Assembly (NCBI GenBank): GCA_016186395.1
Contig: JACPLU010000003.1
Coordinates: 11,883-75,882 of the forward strand
Direction of reading: 5' to 3'
Length of the DNA stretch: 64,000 nt
From: Parcubacteria group bacterium
GTDB lineage: Bacteria > Patescibacteriota > Minisyncoccia > 2-02-FULL-40-12
The stretch's first letter is position 1; every line of letters begins with the position of its first letter. Positions 54,832 to 64,000 of this stretch are shown in pieces. The position numbers and the translations under genes were made by a program. A model generated the notes under the pieces. That model searched no databases. It was given only the letters and a program-made list of their open reading frames with translations, and had not been told where the DNA came from.

Positions 54832-57246
54832 ATGTCTAATAAACCTCAAAATACTCAAAATCAAATTCCTTCGGAGTTGCCTATAATTGCTTTGAAAAAC
54901 GTAGTTTTGTTTCCGCGTATTATAATTCCACTTGTTGTTCAAAGACCAAAATCAACAGCGGCACTAATCGAAGCTCAAAGCAGAAATGACAATCTGGCAG
55001 TTTTCGTTACTCAAAAGGAAATCGGAAACGAAGATGAAGTAAGTGTTGATCAGTTATATAAAGTTGCAACAGTGGGCAAGATTCTTAGTGTTATAAATAT
55101 GCGGGATGGCTCTAAAAGAATAGACGTAGAGGGCGTAAGCAGAGTAAGGATTAAAGAGCTTTTTGAATCCGAACCATATTTAAAAGCTCAAATAGAACCT
55201 ATTTCGGTAAAGATTCCGGAGTTCACGGTTGAACTAGAGGGTTTAATGAGAAGTATAATTGACCTTTTTAAACATGTTATGGCAGAAATGGGCCGACTGT
55301 TACCGGCTGATTTATATATGTTATTGCGTCAAGTTAAGGATCCAGATCAACTAATTGATCTTATTATAGTTAATCTCGGAATTGATATTCCAGAACAGCA
55401 GGAGTTGCTTGAGACAACTGACATACAAGAGGTTTTAAAAAGGGTTCATAATATTTTGTTGAGAGAACGCGAAATTATAGATGCGGAAAAGAAAGTTGCT
55501 TCAGAAACAAGAAAGCGCCTTGGCAAGATGCAGAGGGAGGCATTTTTAAGAGAGCAGATGAAAACTATTGAACAGGAACTTGGTATTGAGGGGGAAAAAG
55601 GAGAAATGGAGCTTTACCGTAAAAAGATAGAACAGGCAAAGATGCCAGAGGAGATTAGGACTAAGGCTTTAAAAGAATTAAGTCGTTTAGAAAAGATGCC
55701 AAGTTTTGCGCCGGAGGTTTCCTATATTCGTACTTATCTGGATTGGTTAGTGGAGTTGCCTTGGTCAAAAAAAACAGAAAGTTCAATTGATATAAAGAAA
55801 GCCGAGAAAATTTTAGAAGAAGACCATTATGGTTTAGAAAAAGTGAAAGAAAGGATTTTAGAGTATCTTGCCGTGCAAAAACAAGTTGGTAAAATGAAAG
55901 GACCAATTTTATGTTTCGTTGGTCCTCCGGGAGTTGGTAAAACTTCTATTGGTAAATCTATTGCAAGGGCTTTGGGTAGGAAGTTCCACCGTATTTCATT
56001 GGGAGGGATAAGAGACGAGGCCGAAATTAGGGGGCATCGCAGAACCTATGTTGGAGCATTACCAGGGAGAATTATTCAAGGTATACATGTAGCCGGGACC
56101 AAGAATCCAGTTTTCATGTTAGATGAAATTGATAAAATAGGAGTTGACTTTAGAGGTGATCCGTCCGCCGCTTTGCTTGAGGCTTTAGATCCGGAACAAA
56201 ATTTTGCTTTTTCTGATCATTACCTTGAAGTTCCGTTTGATTTGTCAGACGTAATATTTATTACAACAGCTAATGTTTTAGATACGATTCCATATGCTTT
56301 GAGGGATAGGTTAGAAATTATAGAATTTCGTGGATACACCGAAGAAGAAAAAGTTCAGATTGTAAATAAGTTTTTAGTGCCGAAACTTAAACAAGAACAT
56401 GGAATCAAACAATCTTTATTGTTTGAAGACAAGGCTCTAAGAGATATTGTAAGGAAATATACAACAGAGGCAGGTGTACGTGATGTTGAGCGTCAGTTGG
56501 CAAAAATATTAAGAAAAATTGTAAGAGAATTAATTGAAAGTGGAAAAAGTAATAGAAAGATTAAAGTGGCACTTAAGGATTTAAAAAAATATTTAGGTCC
56601 GGAAAAGTATTTACAACAATTAAATGAGAAACAGGATCAAATAGGGGTTGCAACCGGTCTTGCTTGGACACCAGTAGGCGGACAATTAATGTCTATTGAA
56701 GCAATGAAAATGCCAGGTAGGGGAAGACTAACTTTGACCGGCCGTTTGGGTAAAACGATGCAAGAATCGGCAATGGCTGCTTTAAGTTACGCACGCGCTA
56801 AAGCAACAAGGTTTGGACTAAAAGAGGACTTTTATAAACAAGATATACATTTGCATGTACCTTCTGGTGGAATTCCTAAGGATGGTCCTTCGGCGGGTAT
56901 TGCTATGGCTACCGCCTTGATTTCTTTACTTTTGGGAGTCAAAATACATAAGGAGGTTGGAATGACTGGGGAGGTAACCTTAAGAGGTAAGGTTTTGGAG
57001 ATAGGTGGATTAAAAGAAAAGATTCTTGCTGCTCACCGAGCGGGATTGAAGAAGGTTATTATCCCGAGAGATAACGAACGAGATTTAGAAGAGCTACCAA
57101 AAGAAGTTAGAGATAATCTTGAATTTAAAATGGTAGAAAGTATGGACGAAGTTTTAGAAGTCGCATTAAAATGGCCAACTTCAAAGTCTTCAGTGATCAG
57201 TCCAAGTAGGTTGGCTGGTGTTGGGGGACAGGCGCCTACGGCGTAG
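54832..57246 (+). CDS. lon: ATP-dependent protease Lon
   Basis: N-terminal LON domain, GPPGVGKTS AAA+ P-loop, and catalytic PKDGPSAGIAMATAL (Ser-Lys dyad). Confidence 0.95.
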   Translation: MSNKPQNTQNQIPSELPIIALKNVVLFPRIIIPLVVQRPKSTAALIEAQSRNDNLAVFVTQKEIGNEDEVSVDQLYKVATVGKILSVINMRDGSKRIDVEGVSRVRIKELFESEPYLKAQIEPISVKIPEFTVELEGLMRSIIDLFKHVMAEMGRLLPADLYMLLRQVKDPDQLIDLIIVNLGIDIPEQQELLETTDIQEVLKRVHNILLREREIIDAEKKVASETRKRLGKMQREAFLREQMKTIEQELGIEGEKGEMELYRKKIEQAKMPEEIRTKALKELSRLEKMPSFAPEVSYIRTYLDWLVELPWSKKTESSIDIKKAEKILEEDHYGLEKVKERILEYLAVQKQVGKMKGPILCFVGPPGVGKTSIGKSIARALGRKFHRISLGGIRDEAEIRGHRRTYVGALPGRIIQGIHVAGTKNPVFMLDEIDKIGVDFRGDPSAALLEALDPEQNFAFSDHYLEVPFDLSDVIFITTANVLDTIPYALRDRLEIIEFRGYTEEEKVQIVNKFLVPKLKQEHGIKQSLLFEDKALRDIVRKYTTEAGVRDVERQLAKILRKIVRELIESGKSNRKIKVALKDLKKYLGPEKYLQQLNEKQDQIGVATGLAWTPVGGQLMSIEAMKMPGRGRLTLTGRLGKTMQESAMAALSYARAKATRFGLKEDFYKQDIHLHVPSGGIPKDGPSAGIAMATALISLLLGVKIHKEVGMTGEVTLRGKVLEIGGLKEKILAAHRAGLKKVIIPRDNERDLEELPKEVRDNLEFKMVESMDEVLEVALKWPTSKSSVISPSRLAGVGGQAPTA

Positions 57247-57316
57247 GATATAAAAATAACTATAATTTTAAGGTCGTTTCTTTATTGAAAAGTTATTCGG
57301 GGTTCTAAGTTAAAAA

Positions 57317-57781
57317 ATGCCCGAGTTGTCTTTAATCTTTCGTTTGATTCTTGCTACGGGGCTTGGTGCTTTAGTTGGTTTTGAGCGCGAGCGTTCGCAT
57401 AAAGTAGCGGGACTTCGAACTCATGCTTTAGTTGCTTTAGGATCTGCTCTTTTTGCAATTATTTCAATTTCAGGAGGGCTTTTTCAGATAAGCTCGAATA
57501 TCGATCCGTTAAGAGTTGTGTCAAATATTGTGGTTGGTATTGGTTTTATTGGTGCAGGCTCAATTTTAAGAAGGGGAAATAGGGTTGAAGGAACGACTAC
57601 TGCTGCGAGTCTGTGGACAGTTGCTGCTATTGGAGCAGCTGCTGGCTTGGGTCTTTATTTTGCATCCGTGTTTACAGCTATTGTTGTTTATATTGTTTTG
57701 ACTTTTCTTTGGCGTCTTGAGAAAAGCATGGTAGATAAGGTAAGATACGAAGATGATGGCGATAACGAGGAGGATCAATAA
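57317..57781 (+). CDS. mgtC: MgtC/SapB family membrane protein
   Basis: LGALVGFERE...GLRTHALVALGSALF is the MgtC signature. Confidence 0.8.
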   Translation: MPELSLIFRLILATGLGALVGFERERSHKVAGLRTHALVALGSALFAIISISGGLFQISSNIDPLRVVSNIVVGIGFIGAGSILRRGNRVEGTTTAASLWTVAAIGAAAGLGLYFASVFTAIVVYIVLTFLWRLEKSMVDKVRYEDDGDNEEDQ

Positions 57782-59006
57782 AAGGTTAATCTATGCCGTT
57801 AGTATTTTAGTGGGTACTATAATCGGGGTTGGGGTTTTTGGTATTCCGTTTGTTTTTGCTAAAGCCGGTTTTTTAACCGGATTATTTTTTTTAATTGGGG
57901 TATGGTTATTAGTTACAGTTCTCTATCTTGCTTATGGTGAAGTAGTTTTAAGAACTAGCACCCATCATCAGTTAGTAGGTTACGCTAACAAGTATATTGG
58001 AAATCGTGGGAAGAATTTTGCTCTTTTGGCAACTTTTTTTGGAATGTATGGTGCAATGCTGGCTTATTTAATCATAATAGGAAGTTTTTTGGTAAATGTT
58101 TTGGGCTCTTGGGTATTTTTTACTCCTTTTACGTTTTCCATTTTATTTTTTATCTTTTGCTCCATAGCAATTCTGTTGGGGTTAAGGGCAGTTGCTTGGT
58201 TTGAACTTTCTTTAACCGCGTTTTTTTTGGCTATTCTATGCTTGATATTTTATTTTGGTTTTCCAAAAGTTTCGTTTCAGAACTTTTTCCCACTTTTTCA
58301 AAAGGATTTTTGGTTCCTTCCTTATGGAGTAATTCTGTTTGCTTTTGGTGGTTTGTCAGCGATTCCTATTCAGCATGAAATTTTAGATCCTAAAATTAGG
58401 GAACGCATTCAAACGTTTAAAGATGGACAACGGATTAAGCAAACTATTTCAGATTCGGAAAAAAGTGATGGTTTAGTTGAAGAAGAAATTTCTCCGGTCA
58501 ATAAATTTAGATCTGCTGTTAGACTCGGCACATTTATACCATTCATTTTCTATTTGTTATTTGCTATTTTAATTGTTGGCGTGTCGGGTGATGCGACAAC
58601 TCCGGAAACCGTATCTGGTATTTTTGAAGTTTTAGGATCAAAAGCTGTTTTTTTGCTTTCGCTTTTCGGTATTTTGGCAATTACCACCACATTTCTTTTG
58701 ATAGGTGCTTCTATGTATGAAGTTTTTAAATTTGATTTTGGTTTAAATCGTTTTTATTCTTGGTCGCTAACCATATGGATTCCTTTTTTACTTTTTCTTC
58801 TCGGTTTAAATAACTTTATTAATGTTATTAGTGTTGTTGGTGCGGTGGGGGGTGGGATAGAAGGAATAATCGTTATGATGGTTTGGAAAAGAGTGAGGTC
58901 TAAAAGTGAACGTAAACCTGAATATTCAATAAATTTACCAAAGTGGGGTTATTATTTAATTATTACTCTTCTTTCTGTGGGTATTGGTTATGCACTCTTT
59001 AGTTAG
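57753..59006 (+). CDS. Putative amino-acid permease (APC-superfamily-like, 11-12 TM helices)
   Basis: 417-aa polytopic membrane protein with a GxG-containing TM1 and overall transporter topology. Confidence 0.5.
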   Translation: MMAITRRINKRLIYAVSILVGTIIGVGVFGIPFVFAKAGFLTGLFFLIGVWLLVTVLYLAYGEVVLRTSTHHQLVGYANKYIGNRGKNFALLATFFGMYGAMLAYLIIIGSFLVNVLGSWVFFTPFTFSILFFIFCSIAILLGLRAVAWFELSLTAFFLAILCLIFYFGFPKVSFQNFFPLFQKDFWFLPYGVILFAFGGLSAIPIQHEILDPKIRERIQTFKDGQRIKQTISDSEKSDGLVEEEISPVNKFRSAVRLGTFIPFIFYLLFAILIVGVSGDATTPETVSGIFEVLGSKAVFLLSLFGILAITTTFLLIGASMYEVFKFDFGLNRFYSWSLTIWIPFLLFLLGLNNFINVISVVGAVGGGIEGIIVMMVWKRVRSKSERKPEYSINLPKWGYYLIITLLSVGIGYALFS

Positions 59007-59018
59007 CGATTAATATTC

Positions 59019-60398
59019 ATGTATTCTCTATTAAAAAACTTTCTGGTTAGAAACTTAGTTTTCTTTTTAAATTTAGAGAAATTTCTGTTTTATTTACTTG
59101 TTTTTGCTATTCCATTTCAAACTCGTACCATAATTCGTTCATGGGGAGTCGGATTCAATGAATGGAATTCCTCATTTCTTTATGCTACCGATCTTATTTT
59201 TCTAGCCGTAATATTAATTTGGCTTTTAAGGCTGGTTTTTAAGTTGAACGCTTTGCGTGTAGGTTTTTCCTTTGCCGATTTTAGTTTTTTAGGTCTTATA
59301 GTTATTTCAGCGTTTTCGATTCTTAACGCCTCTAATTACCAGTTAAGTTTTTATAAATTAGTTAAACTTTTTGAGATGTTTTTACTTTATTATTACGTTA
59401 AGAATAACTACGGTCATCTTTTGAGCTTGAAGACTTCTATGTTTGTATTTGTTAGTTCGGGAATAATGCAATCTGTAATTGGTATAATTCAGTTGATTTC
59501 TAAAAAAAGCTTAGGTCTAAAAATTTTTGGGGAAAGTCCGTTGAATTTAGGAATTCCGGGGGTCGCAAAATTTTATTTGGCAAACGGCGAAGATGTTTTG
59601 AGAGCTTACGGAACAATGCCTCATCCAAACGTTTTGGCTGCCTTTTTGTTTTTAGCTCTTTTCTGTTGTTATTTTTTATATTTTGATTCAACTGGAAATT
59701 TAAAATTTTTATTTCTTTTTGCTCAAGTCCCAATTCTTACGGGACTTGTAATGACTTTCGGTCGTTTAATTATCATTTTGTGGGTGGCTGGCCTTTTGGT
59801 CAGACTTTTCATTCGTCTTTTCAAGGAAAAGGTTAAATATCACTTTCGCCGTTCATACACAATCCGTATTTGGTATATGACTACAATTACGATTACCGTA
59901 GTCTCGTTCTTGCTTATTTTTCTTTGGCCGACTTTTGTGGGGAGATTTCATATAGGAGTAGGTGATGAAGCTATAATATTGCGGTCTTTTTATCTTAATA
60001 TTGCCTTCGCATTAGATAAACCGTTTTTGGGTGTAGGTATTGGAAACTTTGTTCCATGGTTGATGCAAACCGTACCAGATTTGGCATATAATCTTTATCA
60101 ACCGGTTCATAATATATTTGGCCTTTTATGGGCTGAGACTGGGTTTTTAGGTTTGTTTTTCTTTTCTTTATTTTTAGTGTTTCTGTCTAAAGATTATATT
60201 AAGTCACAAAATTTTGATGAAATATTTCATTACTCATTTTTTATAGTTTTTGTGTCATTTTTGATAATTGGATTTTTTGATCATTTTCTTTTAACTCTAC
60301 AGCCGGGTTATTTGATGTTTGCCTTAGTTTTGGGTTTGATCGGTGGGATGTCAAAATTGGGATCAGTGGGTGCCATATCCAAACACTATGATGTTTAA
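59019..60398 (+). CDS. O-antigen ligase / Wzy-like polymerase family membrane protein
   Basis: 459 aa, more than 10 TM helices with a large periplasmic loop. Wzy_C-like region (FGRLIIILWVAGL...). Confidence 0.45.
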   Translation: MYSLLKNFLVRNLVFFLNLEKFLFYLLVFAIPFQTRTIIRSWGVGFNEWNSSFLYATDLIFLAVILIWLLRLVFKLNALRVGFSFADFSFLGLIVISAFSILNASNYQLSFYKLVKLFEMFLLYYYVKNNYGHLLSLKTSMFVFVSSGIMQSVIGIIQLISKKSLGLKIFGESPLNLGIPGVAKFYLANGEDVLRAYGTMPHPNVLAAFLFLALFCCYFLYFDSTGNLKFLFLFAQVPILTGLVMTFGRLIIILWVAGLLVRLFIRLFKEKVKYHFRRSYTIRIWYMTTITITVVSFLLIFLWPTFVGRFHIGVGDEAIILRSFYLNIAFALDKPFLGVGIGNFVPWLMQTVPDLAYNLYQPVHNIFGLLWAETGFLGLFFFSLFLVFLSKDYIKSQNFDEIFHYSFFIVFVSFLIIGFFDHFLLTLQPGYLMFALVLGLIGGMSKLGSVGAISKHYDV

Positions 60399-60401
60399 AC
60401 T

Positions 60402-60962
60402 ATGATTCCTCAAAAAATATTTTTTACTAAGGGAGTTGGTGTACACAAAGATCAGTTAGCTTCTTTTGAGCTTGCGCTTCGTGATGCCGGAGTTGCGCAT
60501 TGTAATCTAGTTTTGGTAAGTAGCATTTTTCCGCCTGGCTGTAAGCGGGTCACAAAAGAGGAAGGGGTAAAATTATTATCTCCTGGAGAAATTGTATTTG
60601 TCGTGTATGATCGTAATGCCACAAATGAGCCAAATCGTTTAATCGCCGCGTCTGTTGGAGTTGCTATTCCGGCAGATGCAACTCAACATGGTTATCTTTC
60701 CGAACATCATTCATTTGGTGAAAGTGATGAAAAAGCAGGGGATTATGCAGAAGATCTCGCCGCATCAATGCTTGCTACAACTTTGGGAATTGAGTTTGAC
60801 CCAAATCAAGCTTGGGATGAACGCGAACAGATATATAAAATGAGTGGGAAGATTGTTCGATCTAGCCATATTACTCAATCGGCAATTGGAAATAAGGACG
60901 GTCTTTGGACAACGGTTTTCGCCGCCGCAGTTTTTATCCCCACACCAGACAAAGATATATGA
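60402..60962 (+). CDS. pdaD: Pyruvoyl-dependent arginine decarboxylase
   Basis: [11 protein letters not shown]...[24 protein letters not shown] matches the PdaD family, including the SS self-cleavage site. Confidence 0.7.
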   Translation: MIPQKIFFTKGVGVHKDQLASFELALRDAGVAHCNLVLVSSIFPPGCKRVTKEEGVKLLSPGEIVFVVYDRNATNEPNRLIAASVGVAIPADATQHGYLSEHHSFGESDEKAGDYAEDLAASMLATTLGIEFDPNQAWDEREQIYKMSGKIVRSSHITQSAIGNKDGLWTTVFAAAVFIPTPDKDI

Positions 60963-61078
60963 TTCATTATTTCTCATGCTCCCTGGAGTACCATGGGTGC
61001 TTGCCTTGCGTAGCCTCGGCGAAGCAAGGTAAATCCGTGGACTTCTACTTTTGATTCTATTTTGTTACGATACTCGGT

Positions 61079-62455
61079 ATGAGATCTATTTGGATTAAGG
61101 ATATAAGCAACAAGGTTGATGAGGAAATTGAACTTTTTGGTTGGGTGCACGGACGGCGCGATCATGGGAAGATTATTTTTATAGACCTTCGAGACCGAAC
61201 CGGCTTATTGCAGGTAGTTTTTACGCCTCAAATAAAAGATGCTCAAGAGTTGCGACTTGAATATGTTATTAAAGTTTCCGGACTTGTTAAAAAACGGCCA
61301 GACAATATGGTAAATGATAAGTTGGCGGGCGGGTATTTAGAAGTCGAAGCTAAGAGTTTGGAAATTTTGAGTCGTGCTGATGCTTTACCAATTCCGGTTG
61401 ACTCAAATGGTTACGAAGTAGATGAGGAAGTTAGGATGAAATATCGCTATTTGGATTTGAGAAGAGAGCGAATGAAAAATAATTTGCTCTTGCGCCATAA
61501 GGTTACAAATTTAGTCAGGCAATATCTGAACGAGCGTAATTTTGTGGAAATAGAGACACCAATGTTAACAAAAACATCGCCTGAAGGTGCGCGAGACTTT
61601 TTAGTGCCCTCGCGCTTACAGCCAGGAAAATTTTATGCTTTACCTCAAGCACCTCAACAATACAAACAGTTATTAATGATTGGTGGCTTAGAGCGTTACT
61701 ACCAATTAGCACGGGCTATGCGTGATGAAGATCTGCGAAAGGATAGGCAGTTTGAGCATACGCAAATAGATCTTGAAATGTCATTTGTTGAACAAAGAGA
61801 TGTTCTAGATTTGGTTGAGGGATTGATGATCCATGTTGCAGAAGCTTGCGGTAAAAAAATTCAAGATAAATCCTTTCCAGTTTTTACTCATGAAGAAGCA
61901 ATAAAAAGATTTGGAGCTGATAAATTTGATTTGCGAGAAGATAAAAACGACACAAATACTCTTGCGTTTGCTTGGGTAACCGATTTTCCCCTTTTTGAAT
62001 TTGATGAAAAGACCAAACACTACACCTTTGCGCATAACCCATTTTCGTCTCCTAAGCCAGAACATGTTGAGAAACTTTTAAAAGGGAAGGATTTGAGTAG
62101 CCTTCGGGCATTGCAGTATGATCTTGTTTGTAATGGTTACGAATTAGCATCTGGTGGGGTTCGAATATCAAGTCCAAAAGTGCAAAGAAAGATTTTTGAG
62201 ATCATTGGTCTTAGTGAAGATCAAATCGAATCTCGTTTTGGTCATCTGATTAAAGCATATGAATATGGGGCACCGCCGCATGCCGGCATAGCGCCGGGTC
62301 TGGACCGTTTGGTCATGCTTTTAGCCGGCGAGTCTGATATTAGAGAGGTAATTGCATTTCCTGTTTCTTCTTCAGGAAGGACTGCCGTAATGGATGCACC
62401 GAGTGAGGTCGAAAAAGAACAGCTTGACGAACTCGGTCTTAAGTTAAAAGATTAG
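61079..62455 (+). CDS. aspS: Aspartate--tRNA ligase, short form without the GAD insertion domain
   Basis: Anticodon-binding OB fold (LFGWVHGRRDHGKIIFIDLRDRTG). Class II motifs with bacterial-type MRDEDLRKDRQFEHTQIDLEMSF. 458 aa. Confidence 0.9.
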   Translation: MRSIWIKDISNKVDEEIELFGWVHGRRDHGKIIFIDLRDRTGLLQVVFTPQIKDAQELRLEYVIKVSGLVKKRPDNMVNDKLAGGYLEVEAKSLEILSRADALPIPVDSNGYEVDEEVRMKYRYLDLRRERMKNNLLLRHKVTNLVRQYLNERNFVEIETPMLTKTSPEGARDFLVPSRLQPGKFYALPQAPQQYKQLLMIGGLERYYQLARAMRDEDLRKDRQFEHTQIDLEMSFVEQRDVLDLVEGLMIHVAEACGKKIQDKSFPVFTHEEAIKRFGADKFDLREDKNDTNTLAFAWVTDFPLFEFDEKTKHYTFAHNPFSSPKPEHVEKLLKGKDLSSLRALQYDLVCNGYELASGGVRISSPKVQRKIFEIIGLSEDQIESRFGHLIKAYEYGAPPHAGIAPGLDRLVMLLAGESDIREVIAFPVSSSGRTAVMDAPSEVEKEQLDELGLKLKD

Positions 62456-62667
62456 GTGATCAATTTTATAATTCCTGTCAGAAAACCCCGAGCGTCAGCT
62501 CGGGGATGAATGACAGCCCCGAAGCGAGCGCAAGCGAGCGTAGGGAAATTATATAAGTCAGGATTGATTTTGAAAAGCATCAATATCTTTTCAAAATCAA
62601 TCCCGTACTCTCTGGAGTACCACGGGCGTAAGCCCGTAGACTTCTATAAACCCTCGCAAGAAGACTA

Positions 62668-62743
62668 TGGTCTAACGTCTAAGGACTAAAGCCGAAAAGT
62701 ACTGGCGCTAGTTGTTAGTCCTTAGACGTTAAGCTACACATGA
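62668..62743. repeat. Stop-rich hairpin element (CGTCTAAGGACTAAAG family)
   Basis: acgtctaaggactaaagccgaaaagtactggcgctagttgttagtccttagacgttaagctacacatga. Confidence 0.75.
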
Positions 62744-62865
62744 ATCCCGTTAGAGATACCCAAAATTCAGTCAATAAATCTAACGGGGGTTATAAAATAC
62801 TGTATGAATAAACACATAAAATTAACTTGGCTCGATCATCTAAAGATGATCTGTCTCTTAACGGG

Positions 62866-63843
62866 ATGAATACGCGGCCTAAAACTGTTTCAATTTTAGC
62901 TTTAATTATATTAGGTATGGGAGGCTTTTTTTTATTTGAGAAAAAGTTTAACTTTATAGAAACAAATAAGAAAAAGCCGGATATCGATCAGACCAATTTA
63001 ACTATCAAGGCTGAAAGTCTTACCCCAGTGCCACCGTACCTTTTGCCGGTGACCGAATCCAACTATCTACCATTGAGAGATTGGAATATTCCAGACCTTG
63101 ATCTTGAAGCTAAAGCTGCAGTTGCTTACGATATTAAGTCCGGGAAATATCTTTTTGTCAGAGGACTTGAAGAAAAATTGCCGATTGCTTCATTAACTAA
63201 GTTAATGACCGCCGTCGTTATTTGGGAAAATCTTAAATTAGATATGGTCGTTAAAGTAACGAAAGAAAGTTTAAACAAAACACATTCCTTGGAAGGAAAT
63301 AGTGATTTAAGCGTAGGGGAAAGTTTGTCTGTTTTAGATTTGCTTCGTTTAATGTTGATTAAATCAAGTAATGACGCGGCATATGTTTTAGAGCATGAGT
63401 CAAGGGGTGAGGAAATAGATGTTTTGGACAAAATGAATAAACTTGCTACCAGTTTAGGTATGAATAATACTAACTTTTTAGACGTAGCTGGTTTAAATGA
63501 TAACGGTTTTTCAAGTGTTGGGGATCTTGTGTTATTAATAAAATACTCTTTGAATTACGAAGGCATTTATGAAATTTTAAGAACTGAAAACGATATCATT
63601 CCTTCTTTAGACGGCAGGATTTCTCATCAAATATCCAATACTAATAAATTATTAAGTTTTCTAAAAAATGTTATTGGCGGAAAAACCGGCTATACAGATG
63701 TTGCTTTGGGTAATATGTTGCTTGTGGTTAAGGCTCCGGATGGCAACGACGATATTATTACTATTATTCTTGGTTCAAAAGATCGTTTTACAGAAATGAG
63801 GAAATTGGTAGAATGGTCTCAGAAGGCGTATAGGTGGGAATAA
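62866..63843 (+). CDS. D-alanyl-D-alanine carboxypeptidase (PBP5/6-type serine peptidase)
   Basis: ASLTKLMTA (SxxK), KSSNDAA (SxN) and GGKTGYT (KTG). The start is set at ATG 62866, after an N-terminal TM anchor. Confidence 0.8.
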   Translation: MNTRPKTVSILALIILGMGGFFLFEKKFNFIETNKKKPDIDQTNLTIKAESLTPVPPYLLPVTESNYLPLRDWNIPDLDLEAKAAVAYDIKSGKYLFVRGLEEKLPIASLTKLMTAVVIWENLKLDMVVKVTKESLNKTHSLEGNSDLSVGESLSVLDLLRLMLIKSSNDAAYVLEHESRGEEIDVLDKMNKLATSLGMNNTNFLDVAGLNDNGFSSVGDLVLLIKYSLNYEGIYEILRTENDIIPSLDGRISHQISNTNKLLSFLKNVIGGKTGYTDVALGNMLLVVKAPDGNDDIITIILGSKDRFTEMRKLVEWSQKAYRWE

Positions 63844-64000
63844 AATTCAAAAGTTAGAAATCAAAAATCAAAATTATAATTTAAAATTTAGAATTTTAAA
63901 TTAAACTTCTGACTTTTGCCTTTTGAGTTCTGATTTTATTGCATGTTGGATCAAACTTTTACTATTTTTAACGTTGTAAGAATTTTTACAGTTGCGACCC

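Noticed and set aside
62483-62512. Hairpin ccccgagc gtca gctcgggg after aspS, considered as a terminator
   Set aside because: The U-run lies on the wrong side for the plus-strand aspS (A-run 5', T-run only on the minus strand), so the assignment is ambiguous and it is not called.
62520-62550. agcgagcgtagggaaatt resembling the 23S start of the window (ggaggcgtagggaaacc)
   Set aside because: Only an 11-mer match (gcgtagggaaa), most likely chance; not an rRNA pseudogene fragment.

Overview
This low-GC window (about 37% GC by eye) has the hallmarks of a reduced CPR/Patescibacteria-type genome; that assignment is inference. Positions 1-5650 hold the 3' two-thirds of a heavily interrupted 23S rRNA gene, followed by a 5S rRNA. 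The 23S contains four group I introns, two of them encoding LAGLIDADG homing endonucleases. It also contains three helix-tip insertions that each carry a complete small gene cassette (RBS, ORF, terminator), one of them a GIY-YIG protein and one antisense to the rRNA. A 108-bp hairpin element is inserted twice in the 23S as near-identical copies. The remainder of the window is housekeeping: ftsW/rodA, rpoB-rpoC, ftsK, recA, ssb-rpsF, glmS, ychF, a phosphohexomutase, trpS, RNase J, tRNA-Leu(CAG), PGI/PMI, a peptide ABC substrate-binding protein, secG, uvrC, uvrB, ruvA, a Mur ligase, a FemAB-family protein, LOG, lon, mgtC, pdaD, aspS and a DD-carboxypeptidase. The stand-out accessory system is a complete diversity-generating retroelement at 18.5-21.5 kb, with an RT, a divergently oriented Avd, a 125-bp TR and a matching VR at the C-terminus of a 285-aa target gene. 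TR and VR differ at 15 positions, and every one is a template adenine. The target gene and TR lie in a roughly 58% GC island, unlike the AT-rich RT and Avd. Several repeat families are also present. One is a stop-codon-rich hairpin family sharing the core CGTCTAAGGACTAAAG. CTAG-rich tandem repeats sit immediately 3' of rpoB and ssb. A (C)ATGAAAC heptamer array abuts the start codons of ftsW, PGI and uvrB. A MITE-like element with 15-bp terminal inverted repeats occurs in two copies. Short hairpin repeats flank glmS and aspS. Two unannotated small hydrophobic peptide genes have strong RBSs. TGA is used as a stop codon, so the standard code applies. No CRISPR array was found.
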